From an uncultured Candidatus Poseidoniales archaeon (GTDB taxonomy: Archaea; Thermoplasmatota; Poseidoniia; Poseidoniales; Thalassarchaeaceae): a DNA stretch of 64,000 nucleotides. The position numbers and the translations under genes are program-made. The notes below the pieces were generated by a model. It saw only the letters and a program-made list of their open reading frames with translations. It searched no databases and was not told the origin of the DNA. Of the stretch, positions 27,834 to 38,520 are shown in pieces. The stretch covers positions 2,001-66,000 of the forward strand of contig CAZNVK010000009.1 in assembly GCA_964576865.1 (NCBI GenBank), read 5' to 3'. The first letter of the stretch is position 1, and every line of letters begins with the position of its first letter.

Positions 27834-28228
27834 GGGGAGTCGCTGGACGCTCGACAGCTGGCCTGCCCAGCATGGCAAAGATGGACTGCGTCGACAATAC
27901 CGGCGCTAAGGTCGTACAACTCATCACCGTCCTGAAGAAGGGCGGTGTCGCTCGCCGGTATCCTGCTGGCGGCGTTGGCGATATGATTCGCGTAACCGTC
28001 CGCCGTGGTACTCCAGAGACCCGCAGACAAATCTTCAACGCGGTAATCGTGCGCCAGAAGCGCCCGTTCCGCCGTGTTGACGGAACCTGGGTTCAATTCG
28101 AGGACAATGCTTGCGTCATCACAAATGAGCGTGGTGAGGTCAAGGGTTCCGACATCAAGGGGCCAGTGAGCCGCGAGGCAGCAGAGCGCTGGCCTCGTAT
28201 CGCCGCTACGGCGAAGCAGATTGTGTGA
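27830..28228 (+). CDS. rpl14: 50S ribosomal protein L14 (uL14)
   Basis: ATG 27830 overlaps the S17 stop (ATGA). Contains CVDNTGAK...IRVTVRRG...AVIVRQK. Confidence 0.9.
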   Translation: MRGVAGRSTAGLPSMAKMDCVDNTGAKVVQLITVLKKGGVARRYPAGGVGDMIRVTVRRGTPETRRQIFNAVIVRQKRPFRRVDGTWVQFEDNACVITNERGEVKGSDIKGPVSREAAERWPRIAATAKQIV

Positions 28229-28238
28229 GGTGTGAGAA

Positions 28239-28676
28239 ATGGTAAGCAAGAAAGCAGGAAAGCAGCGTCAGGCACAGACCGACGCCCCAGTTCACGTTCG
28301 CCGCAAGCGCATCCGCGCTCGCTTGATCACCGACGACCCCGAATTGGCTACGATCCGCTCGGTCACCGTGCGCGTCGGAGACGATGTCGAGGTTCTACGC
28401 GGCGATTTCGGATTCCCCAACAGTGTCAAGGCAGACTCTCGCGGAAAGCGCCTCGGTCAATCCCGCGGCCGCTCCGGCGTCAAGTCGAGCATCGTCGGAG
28501 TCGACACCAAGAGCGGCTTCGTCTTCGTCGAGGGAGTCACTACCACAACTGCGGATGGAAAGGAGGAGCCGCTTCCGATTCACCCCTCGAACCTCGTAGT
28601 CACCAAACTGTACGATGGTGACCCACTGCGCATCAAGCGCATCATGGAGCGATCAAACGGAGGTGCTGAACAATGA
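28239..28676 (+). CDS. rpl24: 50S ribosomal protein L24 (uL24)
   Basis: 145 aa. KOW motif VRVGDDVEVLRGDFG. SD GAGGTG lies upstream. Confidence 0.9.
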   Translation: MVSKKAGKQRQAQTDAPVHVRRKRIRARLITDDPELATIRSVTVRVGDDVEVLRGDFGFPNSVKADSRGKRLGQSRGRSGVKSSIVGVDTKSGFVFVEGVTTTTADGKEEPLPIHPSNLVVTKLYDGDPLRIKRIMERSNGGAEQ

Positions 28677-29371
28677 GCAGCAGCCACATGAAGAGACTGA
28701 CAATGCCACGAAGCTGGCCCCTGACCCGCAAGACCGACATCTGGGTCCAGAAGCCGAATCCCGGTGGACACACTGATGAGATGTGCATGCCTCTCGGCCT
28801 CATTCTACGCGATGTCCTCGGACTAGCTCACTCCCAGCGCGAGGCCAAGCGAATGGTCGCTACGCGCAAGGTCCTCGTCGACGGCCGCATCGAGACCGAT
28901 GTCGGCCGCGGTGTCGGACTGATGGACGTCCTCACCGTCGGTGAGGACAACTTCCGCTGCATCCTCGACCAGAACGGCAAGCTCCGCTACCGCTCCATCT
29001 CGGACAAGGCTGCTGCCAGCAAGCTCTGCCGCGTCATGAGCAAGACCACAATCCGCGGCGGCAAGACACAGATTCACCTGCACGACGGCCGCAACATCAT
29101 CGTCGAGGATGCAAACCAGTACAATTCCGGTGACACCCTCGTAATCGCACTCCCAGACCAGGAAGTATCTGGCCACCACGCCTTCGGTGAGGGTGTGCAG
29201 GCTTACCTGACCGGCGGAAGTCACATCGGTACTACCGCCAGCGTCGTCTCGCGTGACATCAAGCGCTCCTCGAAAGCTAACGAAGTCCAGTTCGAGGACT
29301 TCGGCACCGTCGCAGACTACGTCTTCGTCATCGGTGCCGACAAGGATCTCCCATTGGAGGTGAACGCATGA
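28673..29371 (+). CDS. rps4e: 30S ribosomal protein S4e (eS4)
   Basis: 232 aa. Begins MSSSHMKRLTMPRSWPLTRK. Overlaps the L24 stop. Confidence 0.9.
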   Translation: MSSSHMKRLTMPRSWPLTRKTDIWVQKPNPGGHTDEMCMPLGLILRDVLGLAHSQREAKRMVATRKVLVDGRIETDVGRGVGLMDVLTVGEDNFRCILDQNGKLRYRSISDKAAASKLCRVMSKTTIRGGKTQIHLHDGRNIIVEDANQYNSGDTLVIALPDQEVSGHHAFGEGVQAYLTGGSHIGTTASVVSRDIKRSSKANEVQFEDFGTVADYVFVIGADKDLPLEVNA

Positions 29372-29895
29372 GTGAATCTGCCAACCCAATGCTCGCTCCA
29401 CGAATCGCCAAGGTCACCGTCAACATCGGTGTCGGCGAGGGTGGCGCCCGTCTGCAACTCGCCGAGCGCGTGTTAGAGCTGCTCACCGGCATGAAGCCAG
29501 TGCGCACCCTCGCAAAGAGCACAAACCGTGAACTCGGTACCCGCGAAGGCGCGCCGATCGGCTGCAAGGTCAGCATCCGTGACGCAACTACCGTCGAGTC
29601 CTTCCTGAAGGATGCCTTCTGGGTCCGCGAGAACACCCTGCCGGCGTGGAACTTCGACCAGTCCGGCAACCTATCCTTCGGAATCGCGGACTACACCGAC
29701 TTCCCCGAGCAGAAGTATGACCCAGATATCGGCATCTTCGGCATGGACATCAACATCGTACTCGAGCGCCCAGGACACAGGGTATCCCGACGCCGCCGCC
29801 GCGCGGCAAAGGTCGGAATGCCTCACCGAGTGGGCAAGACCGAGTCCAAGGAGTGGTTCAAGGAACACTTCGGACTCACCATTGTGGAGGAGTGA
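29368..29895 (+). CDS. rpl5: 50S ribosomal protein L5 (uL5)
   Basis: 175 aa. Contains IAKVTVNIGVGEGG...FGIADYTDFP...GMDINIV. Confidence 0.9.
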   Translation: MSESANPMLAPRIAKVTVNIGVGEGGARLQLAERVLELLTGMKPVRTLAKSTNRELGTREGAPIGCKVSIRDATTVESFLKDAFWVRENTLPAWNFDQSGNLSFGIADYTDFPEQKYDPDIGIFGMDINIVLERPGHRVSRRRRRAAKVGMPHRVGKTESKEWFKEHFGLTIVEE

Positions 29896-29898
29896 AGC

Positions 29899-30051
29899 AT
29901 GGCACGTGATCATGGAGAAGAGATCGGACGAAGCAACGGATGCCGACGCTGCGGACGCAAGCGCGGTATGATTCGCCGACATGGCCTGAGATTGTGCCGC
30001 CAGTGCTTCCGAGATGTGGCCCCACAGATTGGATTCAAGAAATATGCGTGA
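29899..30051 (+). CDS. rps14: 30S ribosomal protein S14 type Z (uS14), zinc-binding
   Basis: 50-aa ORF read by eye; it is below the ORF-track cutoff. The sequence is [50 protein letters not shown], with CxxC...CxxC. Confidence 0.85.
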   Translation: MARDHGEEIGRSNGCRRCGRKRGMIRRHGLRLCRQCFRDVAPQIGFKKYA

Positions 30052-30062
30052 GGTGATGAAGA

Positions 30063-30452
30063 ATGCAGTTTGATCCATTGAGTGACGCTTTCGTCCGCAT
30101 TTTCAACGCGGAACAAGCCGGACATTACGAAGTGACCGTGAGCCCTGCCAGCAAATTGCTGGGTAGTATGCTCTCAATCATGCAGAAGTCGGGATATGTA
30201 GGAGAATACCAGATGGTCGAGGATGGTCGTGGAGGCGGCTTCCGCGTTGAGTTGATCGGAGCTATCAACCGCTGCGGCGTCATCAAGCCACGACACTCGG
30301 TCAAGAGGACTGATTACGATAAGTGGGAGTCGCGCTATCTGCCGGCTCAGGACTTCGGTCTTCTGATTCTGACAACCAATCAAGGTGTGATGAACCACCA
30401 CGATGCGAAGAAGGAGCGTGTCGGCGGGCGATTGCTCGCGTACATCTTCTGA
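30063..30452 (+). CDS. rps8: 30S ribosomal protein S8 (uS8)
   Basis: 129 aa. Begins MQFDPLSDAFVRIFNAEQAG. SD GAGGTGA lies upstream. Confidence 0.9.
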   Translation: MQFDPLSDAFVRIFNAEQAGHYEVTVSPASKLLGSMLSIMQKSGYVGEYQMVEDGRGGGFRVELIGAINRCGVIKPRHSVKRTDYDKWESRYLPAQDFGLLILTTNQGVMNHHDAKKERVGGRLLAYIF

Positions 30453-30465
30453 GGAGGGATGAGTT

Positions 30466-31020
30466 ATGCCGAAGTTGGACAAGATTTCACACACGATTCC
30501 TCTCCCCGAGGGGGTCTCCGCCACCGTCGCCGGTCACGATGTGACCCTGGCTAAGGATGGTAAGTCCCTCACTCGAGAGTTCCGCCACCCTCGCGTCGAG
30601 GTTCGCGACTCCTCGGCTGGTGTCGAGGTTTTCTGCAACCTGCCGCGCCGCAAGGAGAAGGCACTTGCCGGAACCTGGGCGGCGCACCTGACAAACATGG
30701 CCCGAGGCGTCGACTCGGGCTTCGAGTACAAGCTCAAGGCTGTGTACTCTCACTTCCCTATGACAATCAAGGTACAGGGCAACGAGATGACCATCACCAA
30801 CCTGTTTGGTGAGAAGGTCCCTCGTCGAGCCGCTCTGCCATGGTCGCCTGCTGAGGTAGAGGTCAAGGTCGCTAACAAGACCGAGATCACCGTCACAGGC
30901 GCCGACCGCGAGAAGGTCGGCCAGACCGCGGCTAACATCGAGCGCGCCTGCCACATCAAGAAGCGAGACCGACGTGTGTTCCAGGATGGAATCTACATCG
31001 TCTCGAAGGGAGACGAGTAA
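30466..31020 (+). CDS. rpl6: 50S ribosomal protein L6 (uL6)
   Basis: 184 aa. Two repeated L6 domains. Called from operon position. Confidence 0.85.
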   Translation: MPKLDKISHTIPLPEGVSATVAGHDVTLAKDGKSLTREFRHPRVEVRDSSAGVEVFCNLPRRKEKALAGTWAAHLTNMARGVDSGFEYKLKAVYSHFPMTIKVQGNEMTITNLFGEKVPRRAALPWSPAEVEVKVANKTEITVTGADREKVGQTAANIERACHIKKRDRRVFQDGIYIVSKGDE

Positions 31021-31025
31021 ACCGG

Positions 31026-31718
31026 GTGATTATGATGGATTACGAAAGTATGACAGTCGCTGAACTGAAGGATCTACTCCGCGCAGCCGAGTTGCCGGTC
31101 TCCGGCAAGAAGGCTGAGCTCATCGCTCGCCTGCAGGAGGCAGGCGACGCAGCGTCTCCAGTCGAGGAGGCAGAATCCGACCTTGACGAGGAGATGGACG
31201 AGGACGAGTCGGAGGACATCGAGGGTGACTTCGAGGACGACGATTTCGAGGCTGACGAATTCGAGGACGATTGGGACGATTTCCACACCGCCCGCCAGAA
31301 GCCAGTCCTCGACGAGGCAACCAAGGATGCACTCGCAACCCGCGCGGCTCAGAAGAAGAAGCAACCCGCTTTCCGCCGCCAAGAATGGTTCCGCTACAAG
31401 CGCCTCTCACGCACCGGCTGGAAGAAGCCACGGGGTGACGACTCGAGCCAGCGCAAGAACCGCAAGTACCGCTCGCCAATGGTCCGCGTCGGCTACGGCA
31501 AGATCGCTGACGCCCGCGGACTCCACCCCTCCGGATTCGAAGAGATCCTCGTCAACGCCGCTGGCGACCTCGACGGTCTCGACCCGGAGCGCCAAGCAGT
31601 TCGCATCGCCGCATCCGTCGGCAACCGCAAGCGCGCGAGCATCCACGACCGCGCAGACGACCTAGGTCTGCGCGTTCTCAACCGCCGCCGCTTCGCGCGC
31701 AAGGGGGACTTGCAATGA
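31026..31718 (+). CDS. rpl32e: 50S ribosomal protein L32e (eL32) with an N-terminal SAP-like domain and acidic linker
   Basis: The C-terminal core is FRRQEWFRYKRLSRTGWKKPRGDDSSQRKN. The N-terminus MTVAELKDLLRAAELPVSGKKAELIARLQEAG matches the SAP helix-extended-helix pattern. Confidence 0.8.
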   Translation: MIMMDYESMTVAELKDLLRAAELPVSGKKAELIARLQEAGDAASPVEEAESDLDEEMDEDESEDIEGDFEDDDFEADEFEDDWDDFHTARQKPVLDEATKDALATRAAQKKKQPAFRRQEWFRYKRLSRTGWKKPRGDDSSQRKNRKYRSPMVRVGYGKIADARGLHPSGFEEILVNAAGDLDGLDPERQAVRIAASVGNRKRASIHDRADDLGLRVLNRRRFARKGDLQ

Positions 31719-32191
31719 TGATCACGAACCAGAAGAGGCTCGCGGCTGCAATCTTCAGCAAGCGCGAGGGCCGCACCGTCGGAATCCACCGCATCTGGGT
31801 CGACAAGGACTACCTCGACGATGTCGCCAACGCCGTCCAGAAGGACGACGTCCGCCGCCTCATCGAGGAGGGTGTCATCAAGGCACGACCTCTGGTCGGA
31901 ACCAGCCGTTCCCGAGCCCGCAAGGCAGCTGCTCAGAAGTCGAAGGGACGACGCACGGGCCAGGGTTCGAGAAAGGGTACCCTGAACTCGCGTAACCCGA
32001 AGAAGGAACGCTGGATGAGAACAATCCGCGCACAGCGCCGAACTCTCAAGGAGATGAGGGGCGACGAGACCCTGACTCCATCCGAATACCGCTACTACTA
32101 CAGGAAGGCCAAGGGCGGCTCATATCGCTCTGTCTCCCACATGAAGTCGAACATGGAAATCGACGGAATCAAGCTCGGAGGTGAGCAGTGA
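31715..32191 (+). CDS. rpl19e: 50S ribosomal protein L19e (eL19)
   Basis: 158 aa. Contains NQKRLAAAIFSKREGRTVGIHRIWVD. Basic C-terminus. Confidence 0.9.
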   Translation: MMITNQKRLAAAIFSKREGRTVGIHRIWVDKDYLDDVANAVQKDDVRRLIEEGVIKARPLVGTSRSRARKAAAQKSKGRRTGQGSRKGTLNSRNPKKERWMRTIRAQRRTLKEMRGDETLTPSEYRYYYRKAKGGSYRSVSHMKSNMEIDGIKLGGEQ

Positions 32192-32706
32192 TGGCACACG
32201 GTAAGAATCAGAGACTCCGCTACAAGCGCCGCCGCAATGGCGAGACAGATTACCGCCGCAGAATGCGAATGCTTCGTGGTGGCAGCACCCGCGCAGTCGT
32301 GCGCGTGACCAATACGCAGACGATCTGTCAGTTGGTCGACTACACGACCAGCGGCGACAATGTTGAGATTTCAATCGATGGAAAGACCTTGGTCGATAAG
32401 TTCGGCTGGCCTCTCGATGCTTCACGCAAGTCGGTGCCAGCCAGCTACATTTCTGGATACGCCATGGCCAAAGCAGCAATCGCAGCCGGCCATGACGAGG
32501 CCATCCTTGACATCGGTCTGGCCGCTTCGACCCCTGGAAACCGCGTGTTCGCGGCCCTCAAAGGAATGGTCGATGCTGGCCTAGAGATTCCACACAGCGA
32601 AGATGTGCTACCCAGCGATGACCGCATCAATGGAGCGCACATCGACGACTCGATCGCAGCAGCGGTCGAGTCGGCAAAGAAGACAATTGAGGAGGCGAGT
32701 GCATGA
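32188..32706 (+). CDS. rpl18: 50S ribosomal protein L18 (uL18)
   Basis: 172 aa. Contains [16 protein letters not shown]...[12 protein letters not shown]. Confidence 0.9.
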   Translation: MMAHGKNQRLRYKRRRNGETDYRRRMRMLRGGSTRAVVRVTNTQTICQLVDYTTSGDNVEISIDGKTLVDKFGWPLDASRKSVPASYISGYAMAKAAIAAGHDEAILDIGLAASTPGNRVFAALKGMVDAGLEIPHSEDVLPSDDRINGAHIDDSIAAAVESAKKTIEEASA

Positions 32707-33473
32707 GCGAGGAGACAACCGATATCGTCGAGGATGTTCCAGCGATCGCTCCAGGATTGGCTCTGGCAATGGCGGAGCAGGAGGATACTTCCCCTCGCCG
32801 CCGCCGAGGTCCAGATCCACTCGCGGCTCTCAGAGCCTGGCAACCACGCACCCGCCTCGGACGCATGGTGGCTAGCGGTCAGATTCTGACTTACGAGGAA
32901 GCCCTCGCGACAGGATTGCCAATCCGCGAGGTCGAGATCGTAGATGCACTACTTCCTGGACTGACCGATGACGTCCTCGCGGTGAACATGATTCAGCGCA
33001 TGACCGACTCCGGTCGCCGTGTTCGATTCAATGTCCTGTGCGTTGTCGGGAACAGCGATGGATACGTTGGCCTTGCAATATGCAAGGGTAAGGAAGTCGC
33101 CGGAACCATCCGCAAGGCCATTGACAAGGCCAAGCTCAACTTGATTCCAGTCATGCGCGGCAATGGATCATGGGAATCCGGAGGCGGCCCAGGCACCTCC
33201 GTCCCACTGAAGATCACCGGCCGCTCCGGTTCCACACGAGTCACCTTGATGCCAGCACCAGCTGGAAAGGGACTCGTAATCGGTGATTACGGCCGGCGCG
33301 TTCTGCAGTTAGCCGGTGTCACCGACGTCTGGAGCCGCTCCGCGGGCCAGACCCGAACAACAATCAATTACGCCCAGGCGACGTTCAACGCCCTCGTCGA
33401 ATTGAACAGAACTCGCATCGGCGAGGCAGACCGCCGTCGCCTGAATATCACCAGCGGGAGGCGAGATCAATGA
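32703..33473 (+). CDS. rps5: 30S ribosomal protein S5 (uS5) with an N-terminal extension
   Basis: 256 aa. Contains [26 protein letters not shown]...GLVIGD. Confidence 0.9.
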   Translation: MSEETTDIVEDVPAIAPGLALAMAEQEDTSPRRRRGPDPLAALRAWQPRTRLGRMVASGQILTYEEALATGLPIREVEIVDALLPGLTDDVLAVNMIQRMTDSGRRVRFNVLCVVGNSDGYVGLAICKGKEVAGTIRKAIDKAKLNLIPVMRGNGSWESGGGPGTSVPLKITGRSGSTRVTLMPAPAGKGLVIGDYGRRVLQLAGVTDVWSRSAGQTRTTINYAQATFNALVELNRTRIGEADRRRLNITSGRRDQ

Positions 33474-33940
33474 CATTCCTCGTCGTACGCGTGCGCAGTG
33501 ACCGAGGCGTCGAGCGCAGCATCCGTGACACAATGGGTATGCTCAACCTTACCCGTGTTAATCACGCAACAATCATCCCAGAGAGTTCCACATACGCTGG
33601 AATGCTGCAGAAGTCCAAGGACTTCGTCACCTGGGGCTCGATCGATGCTTCGACCATCGAGAACCTACTCAACACCCGTGGCCGAATGGTCGGTGACAAG
33701 CCGGTCGACGATGCTGCGATTAAGGAAGGATCCGACTTCAAGTCGGTCAAGGACTTCGCAGCAGCCCTCGCTACCGGCGAGGCGACCATGAAGTCGGTCG
33801 AGGGACTCAAGCCTGTCCTCCGTCTGCACCCACCTCGTGGTGCAAAGGGCTGGGGCGGTATCAAGCGAGCTTACTCGGTAGGCGGCGCTCTGGGATTCCG
33901 AGGCGACGAAATCGGTGCTCTCGCGGAGAGAATGATTTGA
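33470..33940 (+). CDS. rpl30: 50S ribosomal protein L30 (uL30)
   Basis: 156 aa. Contains [31 protein letters not shown]. Confidence 0.9.
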   Translation: MTFLVVRVRSDRGVERSIRDTMGMLNLTRVNHATIIPESSTYAGMLQKSKDFVTWGSIDASTIENLLNTRGRMVGDKPVDDAAIKEGSDFKSVKDFAAALATGEATMKSVEGLKPVLRLHPPRGAKGWGGIKRAYSVGGALGFRGDEIGALAERMI

Positions 33941-33950
33941 GGTGAGATGA

Positions 33951-34379
33951 ATGGTATCACGCACTAACAAATTCAGGGGCCGATCCCGCTACCACGGTCG
34001 CGGAAAGAAGGCAGGTCGCGGCGCAGGTTTGCGAGGTGGCCGCGGAAATGCTGGAATCAACAAGCACCGCTTGATGACCCGTCTCAAGTATATGCCAGGG
34101 CATTGGGGAATGCACGGATTCAACCGTCACCCAAGCCTTCGCAAGGTGAACGTCAGCATCAATCTCATTCAGGTCAGTCAGATGGCTGAGGGCGACTCAA
34201 TCGACCTCGGCGAGCTGGGATATGACAAGCTTCTCGGCAGTGGTCGAATCGACCGCGCGCTCGAGATCACCGTCGCCGCAGCAAGCGCGCGCGCCATCGA
34301 GAAGGTGCAAGCCGCTGGCGGTTCCGTCGTCCTCAGTGACGGCGACGACGACGAGTGGGGCGAGTGGGAAGAGGAGTGA
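33951..34379 (+). CDS. rpl15: 50S ribosomal protein L15 (uL15)
   Basis: 142 aa. Contains RGRSRYHGRGKKAGRGAGLRGGRGNAG. Acidic C-terminus. Confidence 0.9.
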   Translation: MVSRTNKFRGRSRYHGRGKKAGRGAGLRGGRGNAGINKHRLMTRLKYMPGHWGMHGFNRHPSLRKVNVSINLIQVSQMAEGDSIDLGELGYDKLLGSGRIDRALEITVAAASARAIEKVQAAGGSVVLSDGDDDEWGEWEEE

Positions 34380-34438
34380 GTCGGACTCACGACTCGATTC
34401 CATGATATACAGGATAGACAGCGGCGCGGGTGAGCGAG

Positions 34439-36364
34439 ATGAGTGACAAGATACGTCCTTCACCAATCGGTATCGCCATCGTAGCCGCGATTTACTGGGG
34501 TGCCTTGGTCTGGTGGCAGCAGGATGCCCTCTTCGGATCGGACACCGACGCCCAACTCAAGTCCCTCTTGATGTTCGGAGTCTCGTTCCCTTACGTAGGA
34601 TTTGTCATTTGGGGAACGATGACAGATCTTCCCGAGAATATCGCTGAGATACCATATCTCGGACGCATGTTGAAACCTGGTATCTGGCTTGCAGCCGTTC
34701 TAGGCTTCTTCGCCTGGGGCTGGAAAGACCCATCGGTTGTCGGATTCGTCTTAGTTGGAATCGCTCTTCTGGGTCTGGGTGCAGGTCTCTCGCTCGCATG
34801 CCTGATGTATTCTGGCGAGGAGTCCAGTCGACTGTACGCGCTTCGCCGCCTAGTCGATGTTTATCCATCGATCACAAAGCCTGAAGGGCACGTCCGCTTC
34901 AATCAGAAGCTCTGGACCACAACTCTGGTTCTCATCATCTACTTCATGATGACCAATGTGATGATCTGGGGTCTTTCAGATTCGACCCTCGACGTTTTCT
35001 CCTCTTTCCGTGCGATCATGGCCGGTGCATCTGGTTCGATTATGCACCTTGGAATCGGGCCAATTGTTACAGCCTCGATTATCATGCAATTATTCGCTGG
35101 TGCAAAGATTATCCAGCTTGATTTGCAGGACTCCGCCGATAAGCAGCTATACCAAGGAGTCCAGAAGATTCTCGTCCTACTGATGATTCCAATCGAGTCC
35201 ATTCCGCAAGTCTACGGATTCCTCGACCCGCACGAGTCGATAATCATCCAGTATGGACTCGGTTGGGCAAACGCGATTATCGTCGCCCAGCTCTTCGTCG
35301 GTTCATACCTCGTATTCCTGCTCGACGAATTGGTCAGCAAGTGGGGTATCGGCAGCGGTATCTCCCTCTTCATCGCTGCCGGTGTGGCTCAGTCAACATT
35401 CGTGGGAACCCTTTCCCCACTCGCGACAGTCCAAGGGACTCCATACTCTCTGCAGAACCCACCTTCTGGGACTCTGCCGATGATTTTCTACACCTTGCGG
35501 ACGGCAACGAATTCCCAATTGGTCAGTGAGAATGGTTTCGAACTAATCTTATTGAATCACGCGAATCCTGTTGCTGCGCTGGTCTCATCGATCATCGTGT
35601 TCTTGGTTGTGGCATATGCTGAGTCGAGTAAATTGGAATTGCCACTGACTCATGGAAAGGTTCGCGGCCACAGAGGTCAATACCCGATTCGTCTGGTCTA
35701 CGCCAGTAACATTCCAGTGATTTTGATGGCTGCACTGCTCGCCAACGTCAACATGTTTACCCTCCTCTTCTGGAGTTCCCCGACGCTCTCCACGGTCCCG
35801 ATACTGGGTAAGAACGGTTGGGGTTCGATGGCGCATTACTTCGGTTCGTATGAGCCTGGTGCGACATCGCCATCGGGCGGATTCGCTTGGTATTCCTCGA
35901 TGGTCAACGGGGTTGGTGATTGGTTGATCCCGTTGCTCAACCAGAGCGGTGATGCCTATGGCCATGAGCTCTGGCAGATCATGGTTCACGTCATCGTTTA
36001 CGTGACGTTCATGACTGTGGGCTCGACCATCTTCGCTAAGTTCTGGATCGAGACCACGAATATGGGCTCGAAGGATGTGGCTAAGCAGATCGAGCGGACC
36101 GGAATGCAGATTCCTGGATTCCGCAAGAACCCAGTTGTTCTCGAGCGCATCCTCGAGCGTTACATCCCGCCGGTCACCATCTTCTCTGGTGCCTTCGTCG
36201 GATTGCTCGCGGCGGGTGCTGATCTTCTGGGAACGGTGGGTAATGCCACTGGTACCGGATTGCTTCTGGCGGTCGGAATTATTCTCAGAACTTACGAGCA
36301 GATTCAGAAGGAACAAGCGATGGAAATGCATCCGGTTCTCCGCGAGTTCTTCGGCGCTGAGTGA
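34439..36364 (+). CDS. secY: Preprotein translocase SecY with a ~120-aa N-terminal membrane extension
   Basis: The canonical archaeal SecY N-terminus (YPSITKPEGHVRFNQKLWTT...) begins ~135 aa into the ORF. The start is ATG 34439 or GTG 34430; an internal ATG at 34805 would give a conventional length. Confidence 0.9.
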   Translation: MSDKIRPSPIGIAIVAAIYWGALVWWQQDALFGSDTDAQLKSLLMFGVSFPYVGFVIWGTMTDLPENIAEIPYLGRMLKPGIWLAAVLGFFAWGWKDPSVVGFVLVGIALLGLGAGLSLACLMYSGEESSRLYALRRLVDVYPSITKPEGHVRFNQKLWTTTLVLIIYFMMTNVMIWGLSDSTLDVFSSFRAIMAGASGSIMHLGIGPIVTASIIMQLFAGAKIIQLDLQDSADKQLYQGVQKILVLLMIPIESIPQVYGFLDPHESIIIQYGLGWANAIIVAQLFVGSYLVFLLDELVSKWGIGSGISLFIAAGVAQSTFVGTLSPLATVQGTPYSLQNPPSGTLPMIFYTLRTATNSQLVSENGFELILLNHANPVAALVSSIIVFLVVAYAESSKLELPLTHGKVRGHRGQYPIRLVYASNIPVILMAALLANVNMFTLLFWSSPTLSTVPILGKNGWGSMAHYFGSYEPGATSPSGGFAWYSSMVNGVGDWLIPLLNQSGDAYGHELWQIMVHVIVYVTFMTVGSTIFAKFWIETTNMGSKDVAKQIERTGMQIPGFRKNPVVLERILERYIPPVTIFSGAFVGLLAAGADLLGTVGNATGTGLLLAVGIILRTYEQIQKEQAMEMHPVLREFFGAE

Positions 36365-36704
36365 CACCATTCAATCCCTTTCAGCGCCGCCGATTTTTCG
36401 TAGCTCCCACTCCTCGTTTCCTTACGAATCGAGACTGAAATCAGTGGAAGGATTCGGCGTGATTCGCAACCCGATCATCAAATGACTCAACCAGTCGAAT
36501 TGGCGCGCAGTGCACCGATTACAGGTCGCAGCCCACTCGTCATCTTCATATACCGAAGGACGGTCGGCGGGCTGCTGCGTCAGACTGGCGTTGGAGACTG
36601 AGGACCATCCGGTCCGATGAAGTTCTCCATCAAGTCAGACGCACGCCGAGGAAATGCAGTCGCGAACTCGATTCGCGATAAAGAGGTGAACCACGTTCAA
36701 CTTG

Positions 36705-36723
36705 ACCCCCGACCATAGGGGGT
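36705..36723 (+). promoter_or_regulatory. GC hairpin ACCCCC-GACCATA-GGGGGT upstream of an AT-rich promoter region for 16S
   Basis: 6-bp arms. It is part of the 36695-36728 motif similar to 21597-25. AT-rich TATA-like stretches follow at 36733-36800. Confidence 0.3.
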
Positions 36724-36855
36724 GCAAGAAGCAGATTATTTCGATTCAAATTCAAAAATAGAATCGGTGTATCCTGCGTCAATTTTCAATAAGAATCAGC
36801 AAAAACTTGTGATCCACTCGATACTTCCGTTAGGATTGTGATTCCGCTCACGCGA

Positions 36856-38325
<1,470 letters not shown>

Positions 38326-38350
38326 GAGAAACTCGGAAAACCCGGGGGGG

Positions 38351-38370
38351 CGGGGCGCTTCGGCGCCCCG
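38351..38370 (+). terminator. Stable UUCG-tetraloop hairpin followed by a T-rich tract just after 16S
   Basis: CGGGGCGC-TTCG-GCGCCCCG, followed by CTCTTCCACCTTTTCT. Confidence 0.35.
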
Positions 38371-38487
38371 CTCTTCCACCTTTTCTAACAAAATTATACC
38401 AGCCTGAGTGAGAGCAAGAATTCCGCTTTTCACAATAAGTACACACTGAGTGTGTAGAAACTCACTGCCATCTAACGCGGAACCGAA

Positions 38488-38497
38488 GGTATATACC
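38488..38497 (+). promoter_or_regulatory. TATA-like box GGTATATACC ~24 nt upstream of the ABC-importer start codon (leaderless-type arrangement)
   Basis: A palindromic AT core in an otherwise GC-rich spacer. The distance to ATG 38521 fits an archaeal TATA-to-TSS spacing. Confidence 0.4.
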
Positions 38498-38520
38498 TAA
38501 TACACGTCCTAAACGACGTC

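Noticed and set aside
36482-36598. A 38-aa ORF (MTQPVELARSAPITGRSPLVIFIYRR...) and other ORFs under 40 aa in the secY-16S spacer
   Set aside because: It is too short, has no SD or TATA context and matches no recognisable family. It cannot be supported from sequence alone.
38326-38520. An expected spacer tRNA-Ala and 23S rRNA downstream of the 16S gene
   Set aside because: No cloverleaf or 23S 5' sequence is present. The spacer contains only hairpins (38351-38370, 38440-38456) and a TATA-like box, and a protein-coding operon starts at 38521.
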